64,000 nucleotides of DNA from Nemertoderma westbladi (lineage: Eukaryota; Animalia; Xenacoelomorpha): contig JAUCBJ010008354.1 of assembly GCA_032718475.1 (NCBI GenBank), positions 62,001 to 126,000 on the forward strand, given 5' to 3'. Positions within the stretch are counted from its first letter, which is position 1. Every line of letters begins with the position of its first letter. The notes under the pieces were generated by a model. The model searched no databases and was not told where the DNA came from. It saw only the letters and a program-made list of their open reading frames with translations. A program made the translations under genes and the position numbers. Below are positions 46,785-58,671 of this stretch, piece after piece.

Positions 46785-48341
46785 CCCTATTAGTACCGGG
46801 CTATAAAATGTTGTACAAATACCGGGGGGGGGGGGGGGTCATATTGACCCCCCCCTCTAAAATCTACAAATATTTACGAAAACGTCTGATTTTTTGTTTG
46901 TACGTAGTTATCACTAGTCTGGATCCGACCGAAAAAAAAAATTTTCGAAAAAATGTACTGGGGTGGTTATATTGCAGCACCAAAATTACAAGTAGTGCAC
47001 AATTTTCACCAAATTTGAAAGTTACATTTTCGGCTAATTATTTTTCAATACAGGTTTTCTGGGGTGCAAAATACATTGGAAAATATTAAAAAATGATATG
47101 ATTACTATAAATGGCTGTTTAGTCCTCTCTGCGTAGGAAAAAAATGAAAAAAACAAGTAACCAGCACTTTTCAGTTAGAACACAAAATTTTTAATTCTAC
47201 TTATACGATGCTATAAATTCACATTTTCAGGTTTTCGAGGGCGCTGATTCTAATGGAATACATTTCTAATATGCCAGATCATTGCTACTTGTATTTTTCG
47301 GCGTAATTTGGCAAATTTTGGTGCTAGCACCAAATTTCGTACCCATCACCAAAAAGTACAAGTTTGCGATGTCCAGTGCTGTTTTTATTGATTCCATCGG
47401 ATTCAGGACCCTCATAAACCCGTATAACGCAAGAAACAAGGTGATACTATCTACTTATCAATTTGCATATTTTCCAAAATTTGGTGCTGGCACAACAATT
47501 TTCACCCACCGGCGAAAAATACAAGTTTGAGAACTCTTATGAAATTTTTACTGATTCCATTGAATTCAGAACCATCACACACCCGTATAACGCAAGAAAC
47601 AAGGTGACACAATCAATTGATATATTTGATGGTTTTCAAAATTTGGTGCTAGCACCACATTTTGCACCCACATCCGAAAAATACAAGTTTGAGATGTCTA
47701 GTTCGATAATTATATTTTCCATTGAATTCAGAACAGCCATAAACCTCTAAAACGCAAGAAATAAATTGTCACAAGCAATTTTATCTATTGAATGGATTTT
47801 CAAAATTTCGTGCTAGCACCAAAATTTGCACACAGCACCGAAAAATACAAGTTTGATACGCTTGGTGCCACTCGTATATATTTCATCGAATCCAGAAACC
47901 CAAAAAACCCCAATTGCGTAAAAAACAAGTTTCAAACGATCAATTTACAAAATTGACTTATTTCAAAATTTGGTGCTGGCACCAAAATTTGGCACCCACC
48001 GAAAAAAACAAGTTTGAAATTTCTAAATCAATTTATATGAATTCCATCAAATTTCTAACACCAAAAAACCGGTGTAAATCAAAAATAGAGATGTTACAAT
48101 TCATATTTAATGAAATGTAATTTTCAAAAAACGTCTCAAAAAAAGTGCCAAAAGTAGGGTTAAAAAATGGTGCTATAACTCGAAAAGTACCCAATATTTT
48201 TGAAAACGGTTTTCACTACTAGGAAGACAATAGATTTTTAGGAAAAGTCATAAAATTTCAGATTCCCAACTGCGTTTGTTTCAGAATTATAATAAAAAAA
48301 CCACGGGGGGGGTCATATTGACCCCCCCGGGTTTAATAGGG
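46785..48341. mobile_element. Non-autonomous piggyBac-like element
   Basis: TTAA|CCCTATTA...TAATAGGG|TTAA; subterminal palindrome GGGGGTCATATTGACCCCC at both ends; no transposase ORF. Confidence 0.85.
47310..48080. repeat. About 4.5 diverged units of 160-175 bp inside the piggyBac-like element
   Basis: AAATTTGGTGCTAGCACCA...AAAAATACAAGTTTGA...GAATTCAGAA...AACGCAAGAAA recurs. Confidence 0.85.
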
Positions 48342-49104
48342 TTAATGAATTTGATAAATTGTCATTTTTATACAATTTATAACATTCCCAAAATTCCATT
48401 AATTAATAGATCATGGGAGCGGAGATTCACCCTATTAAGTATATTAGTGTGCGAGAATCTCAAATATATAGTCAATAGCCGATAAAATTCATAAAATCAT
48501 GTATAAAGAGGAATATTGACAATTAAAGAATTACTATTAAATAACATCCCAGATCTGTATGCATGAGAATTACCCTAATTCTACCTGCTAGCTTTCCATA
48601 ATGTCACCATGGCAACAACCACGCTAGAATTAGAAGTGAGTTAAAAGAACAATAAAGGCTTGCCCCATTGAATAGCATAAGGAATAAATAGCACACTGCT
48701 AGTATCCAAGGATACTCAATAATAACGTGGCATTCTGGAAGGCACTTGACTAATGGACAAATGGCCCGAATGTGTGCGGTTTGTGACAGTTGTGTGGAAT
48801 TTGTGCGTTTATAGGTGAATGTTACTACTAAAGTGTGTTTACAGTAGCGAGTCGTAATTGTGAAAGTAGCCCTAACTCTGCAGTAATAACCTGAAGTAAA
48901 TCTTAGCCCTTGGGACGGATAGTGGAGTGACTCGCGCTGGTTGTTATTGTCGTTGTGCAGCTACTATGTTGGCGATAAGCACAGCGGCGGCAGTGCATCA
49001 GCGCTGAGGATCTTGCACTGTCCGGGGGCCGTGAGGGGTAGGCAGCGACGCCCGCTAGCCTAATTATAAACTCATTATGATATTGAAAAACTCATATAGC
49101 AGCT

Positions 49105-50559
49105 ATGACTGAGTTGATAGAAGATGATCTTGGTATCAGGGAGCGATATACTCTACCTTTACAAGCGTTTGTTGATAGCTTGATACGCGGCGACGCTAGT
49201 CCAACTACTACGGAGGACGATGGTCGTTATATCGAACCGCCGATGTCCCAGTAGCAACTTACGCGTGAATTGGACTATAGAAAATTCACCGCTCGCTATA
49301 CGCATCGTAATGGTACGTATATGGACTTCTTAACTACTGGCCATCCTATCGATTTACACGATACGGACTATGTCGACACCGAAAGGGAAATGGTACTATT
49401 TAAATATCCTACCCAGCGGAGTCGGAACGATAAACTGAAAATCGAATGCGAAAATTCTATTCGAAATCGACTCGAAAGAGAAGATGTTAAAGAACCGGAT
49501 AAACGCGGTAACTCCAACGTATATTTGGAATTCTTGAGAGAAATATTGTCAAACCGAATAAATATCACCCGCGTTTCCCCTACAAGACGTGCGTCTTTGG
49601 TATTTTTGCGATGAATGCCCAAGACCCAACCAACAAATGGAAAGACATAAACATCCGCGGAGACGTTGCTCTAAACACAGTTTTACTCGCTATATTTACG
49701 GGAGTTTCGAGCGAAACTTGTTCGATGTATCACCTACGCTCGCTCGACTCAAACGATCCTTAAATAAACCTATGATCAGAGTTCCGGAATACTCAGTCAG
49801 ACCTCCTCATTCCCTAGTTAGACCTCAGACTCTTGATCCTAATAGTATCACGGATCCTCCCGAACTGTACTCACTGTTCAAAGATCTAGTGTTACCCGAA
49901 CAGTTAGACAGTAGTCGGTGGCACTCCGGTTGTGGGCTCCCTAGATATTCGCCCATCTTACCTCGCCGGATTGGGACGCGGACATCTAATATCGCCATTC
50001 AACCGTATCATTGTTTAGAGAAACGTAAATTGCAGCAGCAAGTCCAAGCGGTAAGCGAATTAACTTTATCTTAGTTCGATCAGGAAATCCAGAATCTCTA
50101 AGAAGATATCGAACTTGGGCGACCCTACTCTCTAAAAGAGTTTTAGACGAATGCTTCCAACAACAAGCGGAGGAAAATCAGCTTGAGGAGAAGCATACCG
50201 ATTCCGATAGAGCCCGAGAACGCGAGTTGAAAAGAATCATCAAACCGAGGAAATTTCTCACTACACACGGTCCACCTACCGCTTTCGTGCAAACGACCCG
50301 TCAGGGACCAGTAAGAGCTGCTGTCTTAAAATGCGCTCTCAAGGTTGTTCGACCTCGTTCCACTGAGGTTGATATCGATCAACCAGGTACCTCGACCGGC
50401 GGATACACCGACTGTAATCCTAAACCTTCCGATGCAATTGTATTGCACCCTTCACCTAGGAGTTATAGCCCTCCTAGTAAAGTGGCTCGCCCCAAAGAGA
50501 AAAGGACTCTTGCTAGCCTCAAAAAACTGCGTAAACGCCGTCCGCGCAAGAAAGACTAA
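49105..50559 (+). pseudogene. Internally deleted ORF-X of A3
   Basis: Retains the MTELIEDD start and KKLRKRRPRKKD end; has stops and lacks the exonuclease/knuckle region. Confidence 0.88.
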
Positions 50560-50869
50560 CTGTTTAGAGTATTTATATATTTTAGAAACTGTGATTTTTT
50601 ATATTTTATAGAATTAAATCCCATTTTCTGGGAGCGGTGTAAAGGCTTTTGCGGATCTAGCTAGTCATTTTCCCCGCAAAGTACTCTGTAGGTGTTTTAG
50701 CGGACATAAAAAGCCGTTTTCTTACTCCCTGCAAACATTTTACGTTAATTACGCTAATCTAACGTTAGACTTTAGTCTGTTTTAGGTTAGAAAAATAAAG
50801 TTATAAAAATAACTTAGAACAAACGTTTTCTAACGTCTTATAATCGTTTAAAAACTACATGTCTAAAAT

Positions 50870-51260
50870 CAACTAAACCCAAACGTTAAACTGACGTTCA
50901 ATTTTAACATCAATTTTTAACGTTATTTTGAAACGTCTGACATTGGTTAAATTTAATCATGAACAAAAGTGACTAAACACAAACGTTAAACAGACGTTGA
51001 ATTTTAACATCAATTTTTAACGTTATTTTGAAACGTCTGACATTGGTTAAATTTAATCATGTACAAAAATCACTAAACCCAAACGTTAAACAAACGTTGA
51101 ATTTTAACATAGATTTTTAACGTTATTTTGAAACGTCAGACATTGGTTAAATTTAATCATGAACATAAATCACTAAACCCAAACGTTAAACAAACGTTGA
51201 AATTTAACATCGATTTTTAATGTTAATTTAAAACGTCTGACATTGGTTAAATAGAATCAT
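50870..51260. repeat. Subterminal tandem repeat, about 100-bp unit, four copies
   Basis: ACTAAACCCAAACGTTAAAC...TTTTAACATC...AAACGTCTGACATTGGTTAAAT. Confidence 0.9.
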
Positions 51261-51377
51261 TCTTGTATTAGAAAATTGTAATTTAATTTAGTCACGTTAA
51301 TATTTATTGCACCAGGTCCCCCGGAATATAGTGTTGTAATTCAGTGTCATGCAACTATCACTCAAGTTGTACCTTGT

Positions 51378-52135
51378 GGTCTTACTTTTGTACCTGGGGG
51401 GAGGGGGTGTGGTCTTACTTTTGTACCTGGGGGGGGGGGGGTGTGGTCTTACTTTTCTTCCCTGGGGGGGGGGGGTCTTACTTTTGTACTAGGGGGACTT
51501 ACTTTTGTACTAGGGGGTCTTACTTTTGTTTAAGGGGAGTCTTACTTTTGTACCAGGGGGGTCTTACTTTTGTACTTGGTGGGGTCTTACTTTTTGTACC
51601 TGGAGGGGTCATACTTGGACTTACTTTTGTACCTGGGGGTCTTACACTAATTTTGTACCTAAGGGGGGGGGGAGGTCTTACTTTTGTACCTGGAGGTCTT
51701 ACCTTTGTATCAATGGGGTCTTACTTTTGTACTTGGGGGGGGGGGGGGCTTACTTTTGTACCTGGAGGGGTCATGCCTTTGTACCTGGGGGCCTTACGTT
51801 TGTACCAGGGGGTCTTACTTTTGTACCAGGGGGTTTACTTTTGTACCTTGGGGGGGGGGGGGTCTTACGTTTGTACCTGGGGGTCTTACTTTTGTACCTG
51901 GGGTGGGTCTTACTTATGTACCAGGGGGATTTACTTTTGTACCAGGGGGCCTTACGTTTGTACCAGGGGGTCTTACTTTTGTACCAGGGGGTTTACTTTT
52001 GTACCTTGGGGGGGGGGGGGGGTCTTACGTTTGTACCTGGGGGGTCTTACTTTTGTACCTGGGGTGGGTCTTACTTTTGTACCAGGGGGATTTACTTTTG
52101 TACCAGGGCGGGGAAGGGGGGGTCTTACTTTTGTA
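51378..52135. repeat. G-run minisatellite, about 20-bp unit GGGGTCTTACTTTTGTACC(T/A); resumes at 52584-53010
   Basis: Dozens of copies with variable G-tract length. Confidence 0.95.
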
Positions 52136-53460
52136 GGGTCTTTGGTCTTAAGGTGTTGGGTCTTGGGTCTTAGGTCTTTATTTTGTACTCCCATAATATA
52201 ACTACTGTAACTGCAGGTCTTTATTTTGTACTCCCATAATACAGTATAACTACTGTAACTGCAATATTAATTAGTTTACATGTTCTTCAATATATTGTGA
52301 TGTGGATGTGCAATATTATTGAATTTATAACGATGCAATATTGAATATTTCTTTCAATTTTGGTATTATTTTTTTATACTGTAGTTTTGTTATCGTTTTG
52401 TTTATTTCTCATATTTTTGTTTATTGAAGTTTATTTAGTCAATACTGTATATAGTACAGTACGTTATGCCGATTTATATTACCGATATACCGTAAATTTA
52501 GCTTTGAATTATTTTTTATTCCGGGCAAAATTTGTTAAATAAGTTCATTTTCGATTGCCAATTATTTATATAAAAACGGCAAATGGGGTCTTACTTTTGT
52601 ACTTGGGGGGGGGGGGGGGGCTTACTTTTGTACCTGGAGGGGTCATGCCTTTGTACCTGGGGGCCTTACGTTTGTACCAGGGGGTCTTACTTTTGTACCA
52701 GGGGGTTTACTTTTGTACCTTGGGGGGGGGGGGGGGGGTCTTACGTTTGTACCTGGGGGTCTTACTTTTGTACCTGGGGTGGGTCTTACTTATGTACCAG
52801 GGGGATTTACTTTTGTACCAGGGGGCCTTACGTTTGTACCAGGGGGTCTTACTTTTGTACCAGGGGGTTTACTTTTGTACCTTGGGGGGGGGGGGGGGTC
52901 TTACGTTTGTACCTGGGGGGTCTTACTTTTGTACCTGGGGTGGGTCTTACTTTTGTACCAGGGGGATTTACTTTTGTACCAGGGCGGGGAAGGGGGGGTC
53001 TTACTTTTGTAGGGTCTTTGGTCTTAAGGTGTTGGGTCTTGGGTCTTAGGTCTTTATTTTGTACTCCCATAATATAACTACTGTAACTGCAGGTCTTTAT
53101 TTTGTACTCCCATAATACAGTATAACTACTGTAACTGCAATATTAATTAGTTTACATGTTCTTCAATATATTATTGTGATGTGGATGTGCAATATTATTG
53201 AATTTATAACGATGCAATATTGAATATTTCTTTCAATTTTGGTATTATTTTTTTATACTGTAGTTTTGTTATCGTTTTGTTTATTTCTCATATTTTTGTT
53301 TATTGAAGTTTATTTAGTCAATACTGTATATAGTACAGTACGTTATGCCGATTTATATTACCGATATACCGTAAATTTAGCTTTGAATTATTTTTTATTC
53401 CGGGCAAAATTTGTTAAATAAGTTCATTTTCGACTGCCAATTATTTATATAAAAACGGCA
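51712..53460. repeat. Near-perfect tandem duplication of about 870 bp (51712-52581 and 52582-53460)
   Basis: Identical ORF-track peptides in both copies; differences are mainly in G-run length. Confidence 0.92.
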
Positions 53461-55384
53461 CTACGTTTATTCAGTGTGAGTGGCTAAATAAAATAAACAC
53501 CATTCGTTACCATCGTTAAATGATTGGTGAGGTTTGATATACAGTGTAGTTAATACAAACAATAAATTGGTTTCATTCTACCCCTAGCGTCTGCAAAAAA
53601 CGCAAGTCTAACGTTAAATGACGTCAGACTCTAAATAGTCATTAATTTCCTATAATTTAATTTTAAATTATCAATTAAATTGTTTGATAACTAATAAATT
53701 TAAATAATTTAATCAAATGATTTATCTAACGTAGAGGCCAAATAGGTATGTGATAGTATTTTATATAAATCTAAACAAATTTCTTAGCAATTGATCAAAA
53801 GTCATCATAATTCTTCTCAGAAATAATCCGATATTTATTTTGCCTAAATGCATTGAAGGTTCCACTCCTAAGGTGTAGTAGGTGTAGGGGCGTAGGCGTA
53901 GGCTGTGTAGGTTAGGGTTAGGTCCCCCCAGTCCCTTGCAGGTCCACCAAGTAACTACCGCTGTGGTCCATGAAGGAAATCTCAAACTTGATCTTTTTTT
54001 ATGCTTTTGAATCAAAAATAACGTATTAGTGACGTATTTTTTTAACGTATTATTGACGTATTTTTTTAACGTATTTATTTAACGTAGTAACCCCGGCCAA
54101 TAATACGTTAATTTAACGTAATGGTACGTTCATAAATAACGTTCATAATATACGGCAGTTAACGTTATTTTCAGACATGAGTTAATTAGTATGATTTGAG
54201 TACAATTTATGTATATTTTTAACGTAGTAACCCCGGCCAATAATACGTTAATTTAACGTAAGGGCACGTTAAAAAATAACGTTGGAATGGTAGAATATTA
54301 ACGTAAATTAACGTTAAATTAACGTCAAAATGTTTGCAGGGCTGTGTAGGTGTTTTAGTGGACATAAAAAGCCATTTTTCTGTATGTGTACTTTAGCGGA
54401 CATAACTAGCGATTTTATGCCGCAATACGCCAAAATACTCTTGATACAGTGTAGTTCAGATGACGACATCTATCAGCTGATATGTCCACATAGAGCTTTC
54501 TTTGTTCTTTGTTCGGCTCGACCAATCAGAGCGGTTTTCACTCTGTGTTGGACAGTGCATACAGAAACTCACGCAATTCAGTCAGTGTGTATTTTTCCTA
54601 AGCCTAGAACACCATTAGAACGGCTTTGATCATAGAAACGTATAATTGTTATCCTGGCATACCAGACTCACCTAACCTTTCACCGCATTATTTTACTGCT
54701 ATTTACTGTCGGTTATTAATTGTTAGAAGTTGATTGATATGTTGTTATATTTGGAGAATATCGATGAATAATCATAAAACCCCAATCTTCTTGATATACT
54801 GAAGGTTAGAGAGACCGGTTACATATAGCAATTGCGACTTACATTATATTGGTTTTGGAGTGAATTGAATGCTATTTCATAGGCCCTACATGTGTCGGTT
54901 GCTATTCTCCTTATATATGATCAAATTTAGTGAAGGTCGGCAGATCAGTGTGCAGCAGTGTGAGGTAGTGTGCATGAGTGTGACAGGTAACAAAGCATTT
55001 CCTAAAGAATGCGCCTTATACCATCCCGTTGTGTTTAGTGTAAGTCATAACTCTGTTTACATACTTAGAGCGCCACGTCCTAAAGGAACTGTTAATATTT
55101 CCCGAAAGTGAATAATATTTGTCAGAGATTATATAATATTAACGATCAATCGAATAATACAGTAGGCCTACACCGCAATAAGGTCAGAGCATCCGAATCC
55201 AGTCTCCCTTAACCGTGGGTGAATGATCGCGCATAGGCTGGCTTCGGCTAATGTAGTTTTATGTGTATCAAATACTTGTCATAGGCTAAAGTCGATCTAT
55301 AACCTAGAAGACACCTAAATTTGGCAGGTTAAACTGCTAAAGGTCTAAAAGCGCGAACAAATCCATTACACTAGGAAAGATATA

Positions 55385-55480
55385 ATGATACTCTTCTTAT
55401 TTTGAATGTGTGTTTACCATACGAATCTCCTGATAACTGTGAAGCTTACAGTCTATGCTTAGGTAATCTGAAATCCTATA
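55385..55480 (+). pseudogene. Possible fragment of a LINE AP endonuclease
   Basis: Translates NDTLLILNVCLPYESPDNCEAYSLCLGNLKS, resembling the 'NVY.P...Y...LG.L' segment of LINE endonucleases. Confidence 0.35.
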
Positions 55481-55513
55481 ATGAGACGGAATCATTCTCC
55501 CATAGGGAGAATG

Positions 55514-55595
55514 ACACATCGATGAACATTTTGTGGTAGCAATTGCCCCAGAATATTCTGGGGTAATTGCTACCACAAAATGTTCATCGATGTGT
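55514..55595. repeat. 82-bp palindrome with one mismatch and no spacer
   Basis: ACACATCGATGAACATTTTGTGGTAGCAATTGCCCCAGAAT|ATTCTGGGGTAATTGCTACCACAAAATGTTCATCGATGTGT. Confidence 0.9.
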
Positions 55596-55953
55596 TGGTG
55601 TTCAATCCACTGGTGGCGGACACCAACGCGGCGATATCTAGGTTACTCCATGAATTATATTTTATTATTGGTGTATGTTATGGGTGAAAGAGTGGTTTCA
55701 TATTATTATAAATACACTGGTCGTATTTCTCTATGAGTGTAACTGTCCCGCCTAAATTAGTAGCTAGAGTGTATAATCAATCATTGTGGCCATTACGGTT
55801 CCTGGTTAATATACACTACCCTTTCATTGTAGCGAGTGGTTAAAGACGGCCAAGTACTGTAGGGTTGAGCACAGTGGCAGCATATGATGGTATTGGCAGA
55901 TGCGAGGCCATGAGGAGGTAAATTGAAAGCTCATCTATCCCATCATAGTAGAC

Positions 55954-57410
55954 ATGTACCGAACAACAAGAGTCCCACAAGAAATGAAAACAAATAAGTT
56001 GGTGCCAGTTCCCAAGAAGGGCAACCTAACACTCTATGGTTCTTTTCGGGGAATCTCATTGATCTCGATTGCTGCAAAGCTATACAATAGAATTCTATTA
56101 AATCGCATCAGGGATCCCATTGAGAGACTGCTCCGTGGAAATCAGAATGGGTTACGTAAAGGTCGTGGGACCATGGAACCCATTTTGGCACTTAGAAGGA
56201 TAAATGAAGAGTTATCAAAAAAGAAAGACAGGCATCTGGCTGTTATTTTTGTTGACTTCTTCAAGGCCTTTGATTCAGTCTCCCGCTCACGTATGTTCAG
56301 CATACTTTCATTATATGGGATTCCTGATGAAATTATTGCAGCAATCAGATCAGTATACGATGGTTCAACAACATTTGTGTCTACTATTGATGGTGACACA
56401 GAAGCATTTGAAGTGTTATGGGGCGTCCTCCAGGGAGACACACTTGCACCATTCTTGTTCATAATTGTGGTTGACTATGTTCTACGCATGTCCTTAGATC
56501 ATCATAATGATGATGGGGTGATGATAACTCCACCTACTGGCTCCAGAAGTCGAGGAAATCCTGCCAAGTACCTAACTGATCTAGACTTTGCTGATGACTT
56601 AGGAGTACTCTCAGAATCACTAGAGGGAGCCCAACGGCTCCTCAGCTCATTAGAACATGCTGCTTCTAGTGTTGGTCTTTTTATTAACTCCAAAAAGACC
56701 AAAATTTTGACAGTTAACTTTGAAAGTTCTCAGCAAGTCTCTGATCGGATGAGCATAAGCTCAAGCGATGGTATGCTTGAGCATCTGGACGACTTCTGTT
56801 AACTAGGATCATGGATCCGGAAGTCAGGTGCGACCTTCGAATTCGTAAGGGAAAGGCATGGGCAGCCTTGAATAGGCTTTCCAGGATTTGGAAGTCACCG
56901 AGAATTAATCGGAAACTTAAGGTCCGATTATTTAGAGCAGCAGTAGTTCCAGTACTCCTCCATGGAAGTCCATGCTGGGCTCTAACTGCTGAGGACACCA
57001 AATCTCTGGATGGTACATTCACAAGAATGCTACGCCGGGTTCATTGTGTCAAGTACAATGCACACATCTCCAACCAGACACTATATAACATTGGAGGTGT
57101 CTCATTGGTTCCCCCAAGCTTGACACTAGAACAAAATCGCCTCCGCTTTGCAGGACAGTGCTTTCGCCGTGAGGACCAGCCAGTGCATAATCTTGTACTT
57201 TGGCAGCATCATGGAGTGAATAAGCATGGTGGACAGCGCATGACTTTCTTGAGACGCATCTTAAAGGACACTGGCCTTGAAGATGCGGATGATCTAGCAA
57301 ATGTCATGGGTGATAGGGAGTTGTGGCGGCGCAATTTTGTCGACAAGCCGGCACAGCATTCTTAAAAATGCAGCTGCAATGCAGCATGCCGATACTAGTA
57401 GTAGTAGTAG
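55954..57410 (+). mobile_element. 5'-truncated, degenerate RTE-like LINE (RT fragments 55954-56802 and 56811-57365)
   Basis: PVPKKG, FRGISL, FVDFFKAFDSV, GVLQGDTLAPFLF, DFADDL, FC*LGS; short 3' UTR and (TAG)n tail. Confidence 0.9.
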
Positions 57411-57467
57411 GAGGTAAATTGCGGACATACAAGGTATCAGATAGTATTTTCAGGTCTATCTTTTACC

Positions 57468-57540
57468 TGAGCCCCGAATGGTTACAGCGTCAAACTTCCA
57501 ACTTGGAGGTCACCAGTTCGATCCCACCTGGACGTCATTG
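57468..57540 (+). other. Degenerate tRNA-like sequence, possible SINE head
   Basis: B-box-like GTTCGATCCC and a weak A-box (CCCGAATGGTTA); no good acceptor stem. Confidence 0.35.
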
Positions 57541-58002
57541 CCGACTTTGCAAAAGCTGTGCCCAACAAAAAGTTATAATAAATTAAATTGTGTTCAATGT
57601 TTAACAATATATATATATATTTCGCGTATTTTTGGAAGTTAACCAAAATCGATCCACCAACTACCATTGAATTGATTATTCTCTATTATTTCTAACTTGC
57701 ATGTTACATTTGGATTTGCGATAAATAAACGTGTAGAGTTATACATTTCACCCAAACCAACTTTCACCTCTAAGCGCATACTGTTGCTGAGCAGCTGGAC
57801 GCGCAAATCCCATATAACAAAAAAGCAAAGACAGCAGCTATACATGCAAGGTGACAAGTCTCGCAATCCGTATATCTTTTTAGTAGCACCATTGGTGTAT
57901 CATTGTCGTTGAATCTATAAACAGTAAAAATAAAATATAGAATAACATTACATAACTGCGGTGCTGGTGTACAGTAGTTTACTTTAAACTACCTACCTTT
58001 AA

Positions 58003-58086
58003 CCCTATTAGTACCGGGCTATAAAATGTTGTACAAATACCGGGGGGGAGGGGGTCATATTGACCCCCCCTCCGGGTTTAATAGGG
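58003..58086. mobile_element. 84-bp minimal derivative of the piggyBac-like element
   Basis: Same termini and TTAA flanks as 46785-48341, with a single central palindrome. Confidence 0.88.
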
Positions 58087-58671
58087 TTAACCTGCTTTAA
58101 ACTTTATTACTGTTGCTGTAATTTCCTTCTTCATAAACCTATTGTATAATACACCTTCGCTCCCACTAGCGGGTAAATATTAAATAATAATATTATTATT
58201 AGAATTTACCACAACTTTAACAAATTAATGTTCTAGTTATATCACAAACGAATAATAGCGAATAATTTCAGCGTAATAGCATAATAGCAGCAGCGGGGTA
58301 AATGATACATATTTCTAGCGGTACCTAATATATTACACTTCATATTAGAACAAATTATTAAATAAGTAAATATTAAATAATAATACTATGTTTCGACGAT
58401 TGGTGATGGTGCAGGAATAAAGTGTTGTTATTGTGATTTATCTGTCTGAATAATATAATAAAAAAATGTATTATGACATTAAAGTTATTTTATATGAACA
58501 AGTTCAGTAATAGCTACAGTAGTGAATAATTACTAAGCTATCATTACTAAAGTAGCTAATAAAAAATTAATTGCTTCAATGACTCAGTAATTATTACGAA
58601 CTTGTCTTAAGACTGTAGTTTTTAACAAAAAGTAAGGCCAACAAAAACATGATGGGGTGGGTTGGGTTGTG

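Larger units (their letters stand above)
50727..54341. mobile_element. Non-autonomous EnSpm/CACTA (CMC)-like DNA transposon inside the A3 LTR
   Basis: TIR CCCTGCAAACATTTT(G)ACGTTAATT; 2-bp TSD CT (empty site CTTACTGT in the A1 LTR); many subterminal AACGT motifs. Confidence 0.8.
48342..55359 (+). mobile_element. Family A copy A3: 3' remnant (spacer, deleted ORF-X, interrupted LTR 50638-55359)
   Basis: Collinear with A1 from 6255 onward; PPT then TGTAAAGG at 50638; ends GCGCGAACA at 55359. Confidence 0.9.

Noticed and set aside
51344-53077. ORFs with GGLTFVP / SYFCT repeats
   Set aside because: They are translations of a stop-poor minisatellite that is open in several frames.
57468-57540. 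Functional tRNA gene
   Set aside because: The acceptor and T stems do not pair adequately; at most a SINE-like relic.
57639-57912. Possible host exon
   Set aside because: Short ORFs on both strands with no recognisable motif or splice support.
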